DNA of 64,000 bases from Candidatus Helarchaeota archaeon (GTDB lineage: Archaea > Asgardarchaeota > Lokiarchaeia > Helarchaeales > RDOG01). This document shows, in pieces, positions 19,764-29,027 of the stretch (its first letter is position 1; the number at the start of each line of letters is the position of its first letter). The DNA lies in assembly GCA_019058315.1 (NCBI GenBank), contig JAHPZH010000001.1, positions 1 to 64,000 on the forward strand, given 5' to 3'. Position numbers and translations under genes: made by a program. The notes under the pieces are model-generated. The model did not search any database. It was not told where the DNA came from and saw only the letters and a list, made by a program, of their open reading frames with translations.

Positions 19764-21662
19764 ATGAGAATAAAAAAAATCATAATAGTATTTACACAGA
19801 TTTTGATTATTTTGACATTATTCCTTGTTATTAACACCTCTAAATTTGAATCTGCCACTCTTCCCTTGTCTTCAGTAAACGACAAGAGTTTTAACTTAAA
19901 TACTGCTGCGAGCTGGTCCAATGCGACCGTGATTTCCGACGATTATACTGAGTGGAACGATGGTTCGAGTTTTGGTGCTAGCTTCGTCGTGGATGGTATT
20001 GGCAATGTGCACGTCGTCTGGTGCGATGCCACGAACGGTGAGTGGGGAAATGATTATGAAATAATGTACGCAAATTACACCGCTTCTGGTTGGTCCAATG
20101 CCACCGTGATTTCCGACGATTATACTGGGTGGAATGATGGTGACAGTTGTGACCCAAGCATTGCTATGGACGACAGCGGCAACTTGCACGTGGTCTGGGA
20201 CGATACAACGACCGGTTGGTGGGGTGGAGGTTCCGGGGATCTAGAAATATGGTACGCAAATTATACGAGTAAGGGATGGTCCAAAGCAATATTGATTTCT
20301 GATAATATTACTGGCTGGAATAATGGTTGGAGTCAGCTGCCTAGGGTCGCCGTGGATAATAATAGCAACGTGCATGTGGTCTGGGGCGATGACACGGACG
20401 GTGCGTGGGGAACAGATTTGGAAATAATGTACGTAAACTACACTGCTGCGGGCTGGTCGAACACGATCGCTATTTCAGACCTTTACGGGTGGAACAATGA
20501 TATTAGTCGATATCCAAGCGTCGCCGTGGACGGCAGCAGCAACCTTCATGTGGTTTGGGAGGAGCACACGAACGGTGAGTGGGGAGGTGATAGAGAAATA
20601 ATGTACGCGAACTATACCGCTGCGGGCTGGTCCAATGCCACCGCAATTTCCGACCTTTATGGGTGGAATAATGGTGATAGTTATTGGCCAAGCGTCGCTG
20701 TGGATGGCAGTGGCAACGTGCACGTCGTCTGGCACGATGACACGAACGGTGAGTGGGGAACTGATATTGAAATAATGTATGCAAACTACACCGCCTCAGG
20801 TTGGTCCAACGCTACTGCGATTTCCGACATTTACGGGTGGAACAATGGTGGTAGTTATGTGCCAAGCGTCGCCGTGGATGGCAGCGGCAATGTACACGTC
20901 TTCTGGGAAGATTATACGGACGGTGAGTGGGGAACTGATAGTGAAATAATGTACGCAAACTACACCGCTGCGGGCTGGTCCAATGCCACCGTGATTTCCG
21001 ACCTTTACGGGTGGAACAATGGTGATAGTGGGGGCGCAAAGGTCGCCGTGGACAGCAGCGGCAACGTGCACGTGGTCTGGGACGATGACACGAACGGTGA
21101 GTGGGGAACTGATTCTGAAATAATGTACAGAATTATAACTGAAAGCCCTATTTCAAACCATCCGGCTGATAGTACAATCATAACATCATCTTCAGTTGCA
21201 TTCTATTGGACCCTTTATGATGAGTCTGATCCTGGACAATATCGAGTCTGGGTAAACGATGCTAATGATAATTATTATATATGGCAAAATTGGACTCCAT
21301 GGATTAACAACTCTCCTATATTTATACCTATAAATAGCACTGTTCCAGGGAGATTCAATTATACTATCGAATATTATGATTTCTATCACCAATTCGGCAT
21401 TTCGGACTCAGTTATAGTTACAATAATTGATCCTGCTGGTGAGGAACCAATCATAATCGCACCACAAGGTGGTGGAGATATTTCCCGCTTCTTATTATCA
21501 CCTTTAGGAATTGGAATTATAGCTGGTGTTGGGGCGATGTTTCTAATATTGGTAGCAGTTGTAATTAATAATAAAAGGACTATTAAAAAGAACAATAAAA
21601 TTATTGAAGAACTTAAAAAAACCAGTAAAACTCCGACTTCTAAAAAAAGAGTTGAGAAATAA
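19764..21662 (+). CDS. Membrane-anchored 7-blade beta-propeller surface glycoprotein, paralog 3
   Basis: Same architecture; 5' end almost identical to paralog 1, stalk almost identical to paralog 2. Confidence 0.85.
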   Translation: MRIKKIIIVFTQILIILTLFLVINTSKFESATLPLSSVNDKSFNLNTAASWSNATVISDDYTEWNDGSSFGASFVVDGIGNVHVVWCDATNGEWGNDYEIMYANYTASGWSNATVISDDYTGWNDGDSCDPSIAMDDSGNLHVVWDDTTTGWWGGGSGDLEIWYANYTSKGWSKAILISDNITGWNNGWSQLPRVAVDNNSNVHVVWGDDTDGAWGTDLEIMYVNYTAAGWSNTIAISDLYGWNNDISRYPSVAVDGSSNLHVVWEEHTNGEWGGDREIMYANYTAAGWSNATAISDLYGWNNGDSYWPSVAVDGSGNVHVVWHDDTNGEWGTDIEIMYANYTASGWSNATAISDIYGWNNGGSYVPSVAVDGSGNVHVFWEDYTDGEWGTDSEIMYANYTAAGWSNATVISDLYGWNNGDSGGAKVAVDSSGNVHVVWDDDTNGEWGTDSEIMYRIITESPISNHPADSTIITSSSVAFYWTLYDESDPGQYRVWVNDANDNYYIWQNWTPWINNSPIFIPINSTVPGRFNYTIEYYDFYHQFGISDSVIVTIIDPAGEEPIIIAPQGGGDISRFLLSPLGIGIIAGVGAMFLILVAVVINNKRTIKKNNKIIEELKKTSKTPTSKKRVEK

Positions 21663-21715
21663 ATATCTTAACTTTCAAATCCCCTTTTTTTATTTTTAGA
21701 GGATGTTTTAATCGC

Positions 21716-22720
21716 TTAATCAATGATTTCTTTATTCTGGTTCTCCACAGCAGTTTTTAATTCATCAGAAATGCTTTGAGAAATGCTCATACTTTTTTCA
21801 ATTTTTTCTTTTATTTTAAGTATTTTTTTAAATTCCGCCTCTACATTTTCTAATTTCTCAGATACAACACCAAATCGTTCCTCTCGATTTTTATATTCAG
21901 CGTTTAAAAGGTCTATATATTTTTTAAGGTTAGTCGTCGCGATTTGATTTACTTCAATAACTTTTAAAGTTTTATTTCTTTGTTTCACTAATGTATCTAT
22001 TGAATCGTTTAATTCTTGTAGCATTGTTTCAATATTAGTAAGAAGATTTTGTTTTTCAATTAATCTATCTTTATATTTATTAAAGAGTTCTTCATTTACT
22101 TTCTTTTGCTTTTCAATGTTACTTAATGTTTCGCGATATTGTTCAATAGCTTGTTCTATTTCTTTTTTCCTTATTTCTCTGTTTTCTAGCTGTTCATTTA
22201 ATAGTTTTATTTCGTCCTCTTTTACTTTAATTAAATTATTAGAGTGTTCCAGTTCGGATTTATTATTTTCAATTGATAATTTTATGGCTTTTTTTTCAGC
22301 TTGTAGACTTTCTATTTTTTTACTTAATGCTTCAGCATCTGCAGTGCGATTCCTGAGCACTGCATTTTGCTCTTCGATGTTTTTATTTATATTTGAAACC
22401 GTTGCACGAAGTTCATCCACTTGAACAGCTTTTTCCTTCACCTTATCATTAAGGACAATTAGATTAATTTCTCTGTTTTCGGCGTCTTTATGTAGGTCTT
22501 CTTGTTTTCTTAATAAGTCATTACATTTTTGATTCAAAACTTCTATGCTATCTTCAACACTTTTTAATTCTTCTTTTTTATCTGCTATTCCTTTTAAAAT
22601 AGATTCCAGTTCTAATTTTTTTTCTTCTACATCTTTAGTGTTTACTTTAATTTGTTTAGGTTTCTTATTTATTTTTGTCGATTTGGGTTTCCTTTTAGCT
22701 TTCGTCAAAGCATAAACCAT
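21716..22720 (-). CDS. Long coiled-coil protein with a basic N-terminus
   Basis: About 300 aa of uninterrupted E/K/L/I heptads; N-terminus KAKRKPKSTKINKKPK. Confidence 0.75.
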   Translation of the reverse strand: MVYALTKAKRKPKSTKINKKPKQIKVNTKDVEEKKLELESILKGIADKKEELKSVEDSIEVLNQKCNDLLRKQEDLHKDAENREINLIVLNDKVKEKAVQVDELRATVSNINKNIEEQNAVLRNRTADAEALSKKIESLQAEKKAIKLSIENNKSELEHSNNLIKVKEDEIKLLNEQLENREIRKKEIEQAIEQYRETLSNIEKQKKVNEELFNKYKDRLIEKQNLLTNIETMLQELNDSIDTLVKQRNKTLKVIEVNQIATTNLKKYIDLLNAEYKNREERFGVVSEKLENVEAEFKKILKIKEKIEKSMSISQSISDELKTAVENQNKEIID

Positions 22721-22892
22721 TTATCTTTATTAAAAATTAGTTATTCTAAAATTATTAAAAACATGGTTAATTAAATCTTTGTTTGATACTTTTTTTTCTA
22801 TATGTTTTTATTTAAATAGAATAAAAAGAGAAAAGAAAAAATTAGAAAAAATGATCAAGTTCTTTTTTTTTAAACATGAATGGGTGTAAAAA

Positions 22893-23336
22893 ATGGATAT
22901 AAAAAGAGGTTTAGCAAAAAGTTTACTTTATAGGGCAATCACCATTGGACTCGGATTGCTCACAGCATATATTGCTACTGGAGATATCTTAACAGCGTTT
23001 CTTGTTTCCATATTAACAGAAATCGTACAATTTTTTTGGTATTTTGGTTATGACACAGTTTGGACCTATTATGATGAAAAAAGACTTAGAAAAATGATAG
23101 GCGAAGAATATAGACAGAAAGAAATTAAATTAAAATTAAGTCTTGAGTCCATAAATGATATTGCTAGGGAATTTTCTAAGGTGGATACGTTTATTCCTCA
23201 AGTATATAATTCAGTGCTAAGTTTTTATAACAGAATATTACAAAATAAGGAATTGAAAGAATTACATGAGGATTTTTTAGAATATAAGAATGCGTTTGAA
23301 ACCATTCATAAGGGAAGAGAACTTGCAGAAAGTTAA
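22893..23336 (+). CDS. DUF2061-like small membrane protein with a helical C-terminal domain
   Basis: KRGLAKSLLYRAITI...AYIATGD...YFGYDTVW pattern. Confidence 0.65.
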   Translation: MDIKRGLAKSLLYRAITIGLGLLTAYIATGDILTAFLVSILTEIVQFFWYFGYDTVWTYYDEKRLRKMIGEEYRQKEIKLKLSLESINDIAREFSKVDTFIPQVYNSVLSFYNRILQNKELKELHEDFLEYKNAFETIHKGRELAES

Positions 23337-23340
23337 TCTG

Positions 23341-26300
23341 TTACGTTAATAGCCAATCTTCCATTAATGTTATTTGTTCATTTGTGAAATGTTTTTGTGT
23401 AATTGCCCTAACTGGACATCTTGGAACGCATTTTCCACAACCTTTACATAATGCAGGATTTATCTCTGATTTACTAACCTCAACTGTAAATTCTTCGAGT
23501 ACTTGAGTACTAGTAGCTAATGAGATAGCACTATACGGGCAGACTTCAACGCAACTTCCACAGCCTATACATTTTTCAGGGTCAACATAGGAGATATTTC
23601 CTTCTGCCTCAATATAATCCTTACTTAAGACAGTGGAAGCCCTCGAAACCGCCGCATTAGCTTGAGCGATACTTTCTTTAATTGATTTAGGTGCATGTGC
23701 AAGACCGCACAAATAAATTCCTTCAGTAGCAAAATCTACTGGTCGGAGTTTCATATGAGCTTCAAGAAAGAATTGGTCCTCATTTAAGGGAACTTTTAAA
23801 ATTGGTGCCAAGTTTTCATTCCCCGGTGGTGCAACAATCCCTGCGCTTAAAACTAGAAGATCTGCATTAAAAGAGAGTTTTTCAATGCTTGAATTAGATA
23901 ATTCAATGTATAAAGCTCCATTTTTTTCAGTTACTATTGGAGGTTCCTTTTCATCAAATCTAATAAAAGTTATACCTTTCTCACGAGATAATCGATAATA
24001 CTTCTCCTTTAATCCATACGTGCGGATATCTCGATATAATATAAGAATTTCACTATCTGGGTTTTTTTCTTTAATTTTAAGAGCATTTTTAATTGCTTCT
24101 CCACAACAAACCCGACTGCAATAAGGGTGCTCTTCATTTCGGCTTCCCACACATTGAATCATTGCAATTTTTTTACCAATTTTCCCATTTGTATTCAATA
24201 ATTTTTCGAGTTTAGATTGAGTGATTACCTGAGGATTTTCACCATAGAGATATTCTTTTGGTTTATACTCATATGCTCCAGTCGCAACAACTATAACTCC
24301 ATGCTCTATCTCCTTTTTCTTACTACTCGAATTCTCTAAAACAACAGAATTAAAATTACCGACGTATCCATCAATAGTTTCGATAGTTGAATCAAGTAAA
24401 ACCTCGATATTATTTTTGTTTTCAACATTTTTTATCAATTCATGCAAAAATTTTTGCACATCTTCGTTTTCAAGAGTTATGTAAATATTTTTCGCAAATC
24501 CACCCAAATTTTTCTCTTTTTCAATTAAATAAGTCTTAAAACCTTGTTTAGCAAAACCTAATGCTGCTGTCATTCCTGCTATCCCCCCTCCAATCACAAG
24601 AGCATTATGGTTTACATTTAATGTTACTCGTTCTAATGGTTCAATTTGTGAGGCTTTTGCTACGGCCATTCTAACTAAATCTTTTGCTTTTTCAGTAGCC
24701 TTCTCTGGCTCGTGCATATGAACCCAAGAACACTGATCTCTTATATTTGCCATCTCAAATAAGTACTGGTTTAAACCAGCCTCCCTTATTGTCTCGCGGA
24801 ATAATGGTTCATGAGTTCTTGGTGTACAAGATGCAACTATAACGCGGTTCAATCTATGTTTTTTTATCATATCTTTAATTTTACTTTGTGTATCAGCAGA
24901 ACAAGTATATAAGTTCCTATCAGTAAAAACTACGTTAGGTAATGATTCGGCGTATTTAACAACTTGTGGAACATCAACTACCCCTCCAATATTTATTCCA
25001 CAATGACAAATGAAAACTCCTATACGTGGCTCTTGGTTTGATATATCTATTTCTTCAGGATATTCCTTTTCTGTAACCAATTCCCCTCTTACAGGAGCTA
25101 AAAGCTGCTGAACTTGCCCAGCAGCAGCCGAAGCCTCCATAACAGACTCAGGTATATCTTTAGGAGAAGCAAAAACCCCACATACATATATACCAGGTCT
25201 TGAAGACTCTATAGGATTAAATGGTTGTGTTTTGCAAAATCCATATTCATCTAAGTCAATATTTAGTTTTTCAGCTAATTCTTTAGCACTTTTAGTCGGA
25301 TTAAGCCCTACAGCAAGAATTACCATATTAAAAATTTCTTCTATATTTTCCCCCTTATCTCCTTCATATGTAAGAATTAAATCATGATTTTCTGGATCTT
25401 CTTCTATAGAGGCTATTCTACGCCTTATATAACGGATTCCATATTCATCTTTTGCTCGTTCTATATATTTATCAAAATCTTTTCCGTATGCCCGTACATC
25501 CATAGAAAATATTGTGGGGTTTACTTGGTGTTGGTGTTCTTTAGCTATGACTGCTTCTTTACAAGTATACATGCAACAGACCGAGCTGCAATAATCTTTT
25601 GAATGTGCCGGGTCTCTGGAACCGATACATTGGAGAAAGGCTACTTTACTTGGAATATCCCCATCAGAAGGTCTGAGAACCAACCCTCCAAAGGGCCCAC
25701 TCGCACTTAAAATGCGTTCAAATTCAATACTAGACAAAACATTAGGATATTTACCATAACCATACATTTTTAATGGAGTTGGATCGAATTCGTCAAATCC
25801 AATGGCTAAAATAACGGCCCCCACATCAAGCTCTATTGATTCACCAGTTTGAATATAATCAATTGCATGAGCTTTACAAACCCCTTCACAAACACCGCAC
25901 CCAATACATTCATCTTTATTAATGCAAAAAATTAATGGAACTGCTTGGGGATATTTAACAGAAACAGCTTTATTGCTGGCTAATTTTTCATTAAATAAAT
26001 CAATTGCTTCGGTAGGACAATTTCGAGCACATATTCCGCAACCAGTACATGCATCTTCTTTAATGTATCTTGCTTGTTTATGCAATTTTGCTTTAAAATT
26101 TCCCGGTTGTCCCTCAAGCTTTTCCAATTGTGCATTTGTAATTATTTCAATGTTTTGATGTCTTCCCGCTTCTATTAGCTTGGGAGCAAGGATGCACATT
26201 GCACAATCATTGGTTGGAAAAGTCTTATCTAATTGCGCCATGACTCCTCCAATACTGGTAGATGATTCTAAAAGGTAAACTTTAAATCCAGAATCAGCTA

Positions 26301-26367
26301 AATCAATAGATGCTTGAGTTCCGGCAATTCCACCGCCTACTACCAAAACTCCACCAATCTTTTCCAT
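23341..26367 (-). CDS. hdrA: Stand-alone long-form HdrA, close paralog of 4777-7794
   Basis: Same HdrA motifs; long stretches nearly identical to 4777-7794. Confidence 0.92.
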   Translation of the reverse strand: MEKIGGVLVVGGGIAGTQASIDLADSGFKVYLLESSTSIGGVMAQLDKTFPTNDCAMCILAPKLIEAGRHQNIEIITNAQLEKLEGQPGNFKAKLHKQARYIKEDACTGCGICARNCPTEAIDLFNEKLASNKAVSVKYPQAVPLIFCINKDECIGCGVCEGVCKAHAIDYIQTGESIELDVGAVILAIGFDEFDPTPLKMYGYGKYPNVLSSIEFERILSASGPFGGLVLRPSDGDIPSKVAFLQCIGSRDPAHSKDYCSSVCCMYTCKEAVIAKEHQHQVNPTIFSMDVRAYGKDFDKYIERAKDEYGIRYIRRRIASIEEDPENHDLILTYEGDKGENIEEIFNMVILAVGLNPTKSAKELAEKLNIDLDEYGFCKTQPFNPIESSRPGIYVCGVFASPKDIPESVMEASAAAGQVQQLLAPVRGELVTEKEYPEEIDISNQEPRIGVFICHCGINIGGVVDVPQVVKYAESLPNVVFTDRNLYTCSADTQSKIKDMIKKHRLNRVIVASCTPRTHEPLFRETIREAGLNQYLFEMANIRDQCSWVHMHEPEKATEKAKDLVRMAVAKASQIEPLERVTLNVNHNALVIGGGIAGMTAALGFAKQGFKTYLIEKEKNLGGFAKNIYITLENEDVQKFLHELIKNVENKNNIEVLLDSTIETIDGYVGNFNSVVLENSSSKKKEIEHGVIVVATGAYEYKPKEYLYGENPQVITQSKLEKLLNTNGKIGKKIAMIQCVGSRNEEHPYCSRVCCGEAIKNALKIKEKNPDSEILILYRDIRTYGLKEKYYRLSREKGITFIRFDEKEPPIVTEKNGALYIELSNSSIEKLSFNADLLVLSAGIVAPPGNENLAPILKVPLNEDQFFLEAHMKLRPVDFATEGIYLCGLAHAPKSIKESIAQANAAVSRASTVLSKDYIEAEGNISYVDPEKCIGCGSCVEVCPYSAISLATSTQVLEEFTVEVSKSEINPALCKGCGKCVPRCPVRAITQKHFTNEQITLMEDWLLT

Positions 26368-26617
26368 CTATCCACACTTCTAAAAAAGACCAAAGAGAAT
26401 TAAGAGTATTAATGTAATGAATTTAATTTGATTAAATTTTTAAAAATACAATCCATTTTTCATATAAGTTTTTAACTATTGTTTTATTTTATCCTAATCT
26501 TATATTGAATTCAATAGGATAAGAAAAAAAGAGCAAATTAAAAATTACATAGGAATTTTGACTAAAAAGGTTTTAAGAAAAAAAAGGAAAAAAATAAAAA
26601 AAAATACTTTTACGCTT

Positions 26618-28258
26618 TTAATTATAGACAGACAGTATTTGATCAATTATCAATTGAGTTGCTTGTTTTTTCTTTGGTCCTAAGGGTGATCCAAACACAA
26701 ATTGAGTTACTCCTGCATTATGAAGCTCTTCAATTTTACTTATACAATCTTTTGGAGTACCACCAATAGCAAATGCTTCTACATATTTATCGTCTATCAA
26801 CGAGAATCCTCCAGCCATATTACCCTTAGAAAGCTGATTTCTCACTTGTTGAGCTATTTCAATGTTTAAATCATGTCGTTCAAGAACTTGAGGGGGTGTA
26901 GCTGCAGCAATAAAAGCAACAACTGGAACAGCTGCCTTAAATGCATCTTTTTTATTATCTGCTACTGAAAAACTTGTGTATGCAGTTACATCGACTTCTT
27001 CCATTTTTCTATTGGCTTTATTAACACCTTTTTGAATCATTTTATTCGCAATTTTAAAATCAAGTGGATGAGATGCATTTATTAAGACCCCATTGCCAAT
27101 TTCTCCTGCAAGTTGTAGCATCTTCGGTCCTTGAGCTCCAACGTAGATGGGAATTTCTCTCTTTGGTCTAAAATTGAATCTAGCATTATCTAGTTTAATA
27201 ATTTCACCGTCAAAATTAACAGTATCTTTTGTCCATAATGATCTAATAGCAGAAACTGTTTCTCTGACCGTTGTTAATGCTTTTTTCATTCCTATATTTA
27301 AAGATGCCAAGGTCGACTTATCACCAGCTCCCATTCCTAACATCATTCGCCCATTTGATATCATATCCAATGAAGCAATTGATTGTGCTGTAGCACTAAG
27401 ATGTCGAATATATGGATTTGTTACTCCCACTCCAAGATGTGCAGTGTTTGTCGCCCTTGCAATTAAAGTCAAAGTTACATATGGATCCATATTATTATAA
27501 TGGTCCGTAATCCATACTGTGTCCATTCCACCCATTTCAAATTTTCGTGAGTAATCTACAATCTTATCTAGCCCAGTGGCTGGGACTAATTCTACCCCGA
27601 ATCGAATATCACGGTCAACTTTCCGGGGGACAACTTTTCCAGGCATCCATTTAGTTTCGTCTATTGCTCTTATTGCTACTTGTAAGGCGTTAAATAAAGA
27701 TCTAGGATTATAATGACCTTTCAGTAGCTTATTTATATCTTGTTTTTCCTGTGGGCTAAGATTCAAACGTTTGATTTCATCCTTTGATAAAATTGATAAT
27801 ATATCATCAATGAAATCCTCTTTAATATCATTACTAAGACTTCCAAGTCTTGTTAATAAATTCTTAGGTTGGATTGGAACGTGTGTATCAATTGTTAATT
27901 CTGGTTTCACTTCTATTTCAGGAACTGTTATTTTTGGTTTTTCTGCCTCAAATTTTACTTTAAATTCCCGTTTAATTTCTAATTTTTCTTCAGGTTCTGC
28001 TTTAATAGCTGAATATTCCAAAGCAATACTTTTTGTAAATTGTGGATTTGCCTTGGCTGCAATATCTAGAACAGTAGAGACGAGGTATGAATTAGAATGT
28101 CCTTTAGCAAATCTTAATAATGCAGCCCTTTCTTGATCGTTCATGTCCATTTCTTCTTCACTAATTAATGAAAGTAACTCGTCTCTAAAATCATCCATAT
28201 GATCACCTGGAAGGTGATACAATTTTTCTTTTATACTTTTTTTAATCATTTCAACCAT
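26618..28258 (-). CDS. mer: F420-dependent methylene-H4MPT reductase (Mer) with a ~217-aa N-terminal extension containing two helical repeats
   Basis: RFGVELVP, WITDHYNN, GVTNPY, GAGDK, IPIYVGAQGPKML, GVLINASHP, GVTQFVFGSPLGP. Confidence 0.85.
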   Translation of the reverse strand: MVEMIKKSIKEKLYHLPGDHMDDFRDELLSLISEEEMDMNDQERAALLRFAKGHSNSYLVSTVLDIAAKANPQFTKSIALEYSAIKAEPEEKLEIKREFKVKFEAEKPKITVPEIEVKPELTIDTHVPIQPKNLLTRLGSLSNDIKEDFIDDILSILSKDEIKRLNLSPQEKQDINKLLKGHYNPRSLFNALQVAIRAIDETKWMPGKVVPRKVDRDIRFGVELVPATGLDKIVDYSRKFEMGGMDTVWITDHYNNMDPYVTLTLIARATNTAHLGVGVTNPYIRHLSATAQSIASLDMISNGRMMLGMGAGDKSTLASLNIGMKKALTTVRETVSAIRSLWTKDTVNFDGEIIKLDNARFNFRPKREIPIYVGAQGPKMLQLAGEIGNGVLINASHPLDFKIANKMIQKGVNKANRKMEEVDVTAYTSFSVADNKKDAFKAAVPVVAFIAAATPPQVLERHDLNIEIAQQVRNQLSKGNMAGGFSLIDDKYVEAFAIGGTPKDCISKIEELHNAGVTQFVFGSPLGPKKKQATQLIIDQILSVYN

Positions 28259-28733
28259 CTCCTTTCTTTTTTAAGGATTGATTTAAAAGATCTTGAGTAG
28301 CATTCCGATTTGCTTTAAAGGCAACTCGGATTGCATTTCGGATAATAAAATTTGTATAATGTCCTTTAATAAATTGTAATAGAGAAGTTCTTTCTCTATC
28401 TTCTAAATTAACACGTTTTCCTATGATAATATTCAATAAATCTTCGGCAAAATTTTCAAGCTCTTCTTTTGGTAAATCTAGTATTGGTTCGACTTTTTCT
28501 CCAATTTCTATGAAATAATCTTGTTCTTCTTTTTCTAAATTAAAAAAAGGAGTTAAAACAATATTATTCTGAACTGTAGTCCTGACAAGATATCTTCGTT
28601 CTTGCCTAAGATTTAAGCCATTTCTTTCTAATTCATTTAGTTCTTGTCGTCCAAAATAGATGGCAACTCCTCTATTAGGACCTTTATCGTGTAATTTTGC
28701 AACAATTGGTTCCATATTACTATATTCTTCCAT
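28251..28733 (-). CDS. Hypothetical protein: AbrB/SpoVT-like N-domain plus the same helical 'KGH' domain as the Mer extension
   Basis: VAKLHDKGPNRGVAIYFGRQEL...IVLTP; C-domain FAEDLLNII...RERTSLLQFIKGHY; overlaps the mer start by 8 nt. Confidence 0.7.
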   Translation of the reverse strand: MEEYSNMEPIVAKLHDKGPNRGVAIYFGRQELNELERNGLNLRQERRYLVRTTVQNNIVLTPFFNLEKEEQDYFIEIGEKVEPILDLPKEELENFAEDLLNIIIGKRVNLEDRERTSLLQFIKGHYTNFIIRNAIRVAFKANRNATQDLLNQSLKKKGDG

Positions 28734-28768
28734 TTTTATTCATGTAAAAAATTGAAAAAGTAATGGTT

Positions 28769-28837
28769 ATACTAGTGAAACTGGTGTCACGGAGATATAT
28801 ACTTTTTGGACGTAATCATACTAGTATGTATATATCT
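28769..28837. promoter_or_regulatory. Putative operator: inverted repeat and palindromes upstream of the AbrB-like/mer operon
   Basis: AGATATATAC (28793-28802) and GTATATATCT (28828-28837) form a perfect inverted repeat; palindrome CATACTAGTATG at 28817-28828; a second ATACTAGT at 28769-28776. Confidence 0.5.
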
Positions 28838-29027
28838 GTTTTAGTTTTACATAGATAACAGTGTTATAATTGGAAAAACTGTAAACATATTCAAATCAAT
28901 ATGAACAATATTTGATTGAATAGGGTCTATATTTTTGATAAAGACTCTAATTTAAAATAAAATTTGAAGATTTTTACATTTTTTACTTGTAGAATCTTAT
29001 TTAATATCTATCTATCCAAATAATCTT

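Noticed and set aside
15787-21071. Long antisense ORFs over the propeller genes (e.g. 15787-16944, 16028-16657)
   Set aside because: Shadow frames of repetitive GC-rich coding DNA with no protein-like features
15805-21130. CRISPR array or a complete DGR
   Set aside because: The repeats are in-frame 174-nt coding units without spacers; there is no cas gene, reverse transcriptase or template repeat in the window
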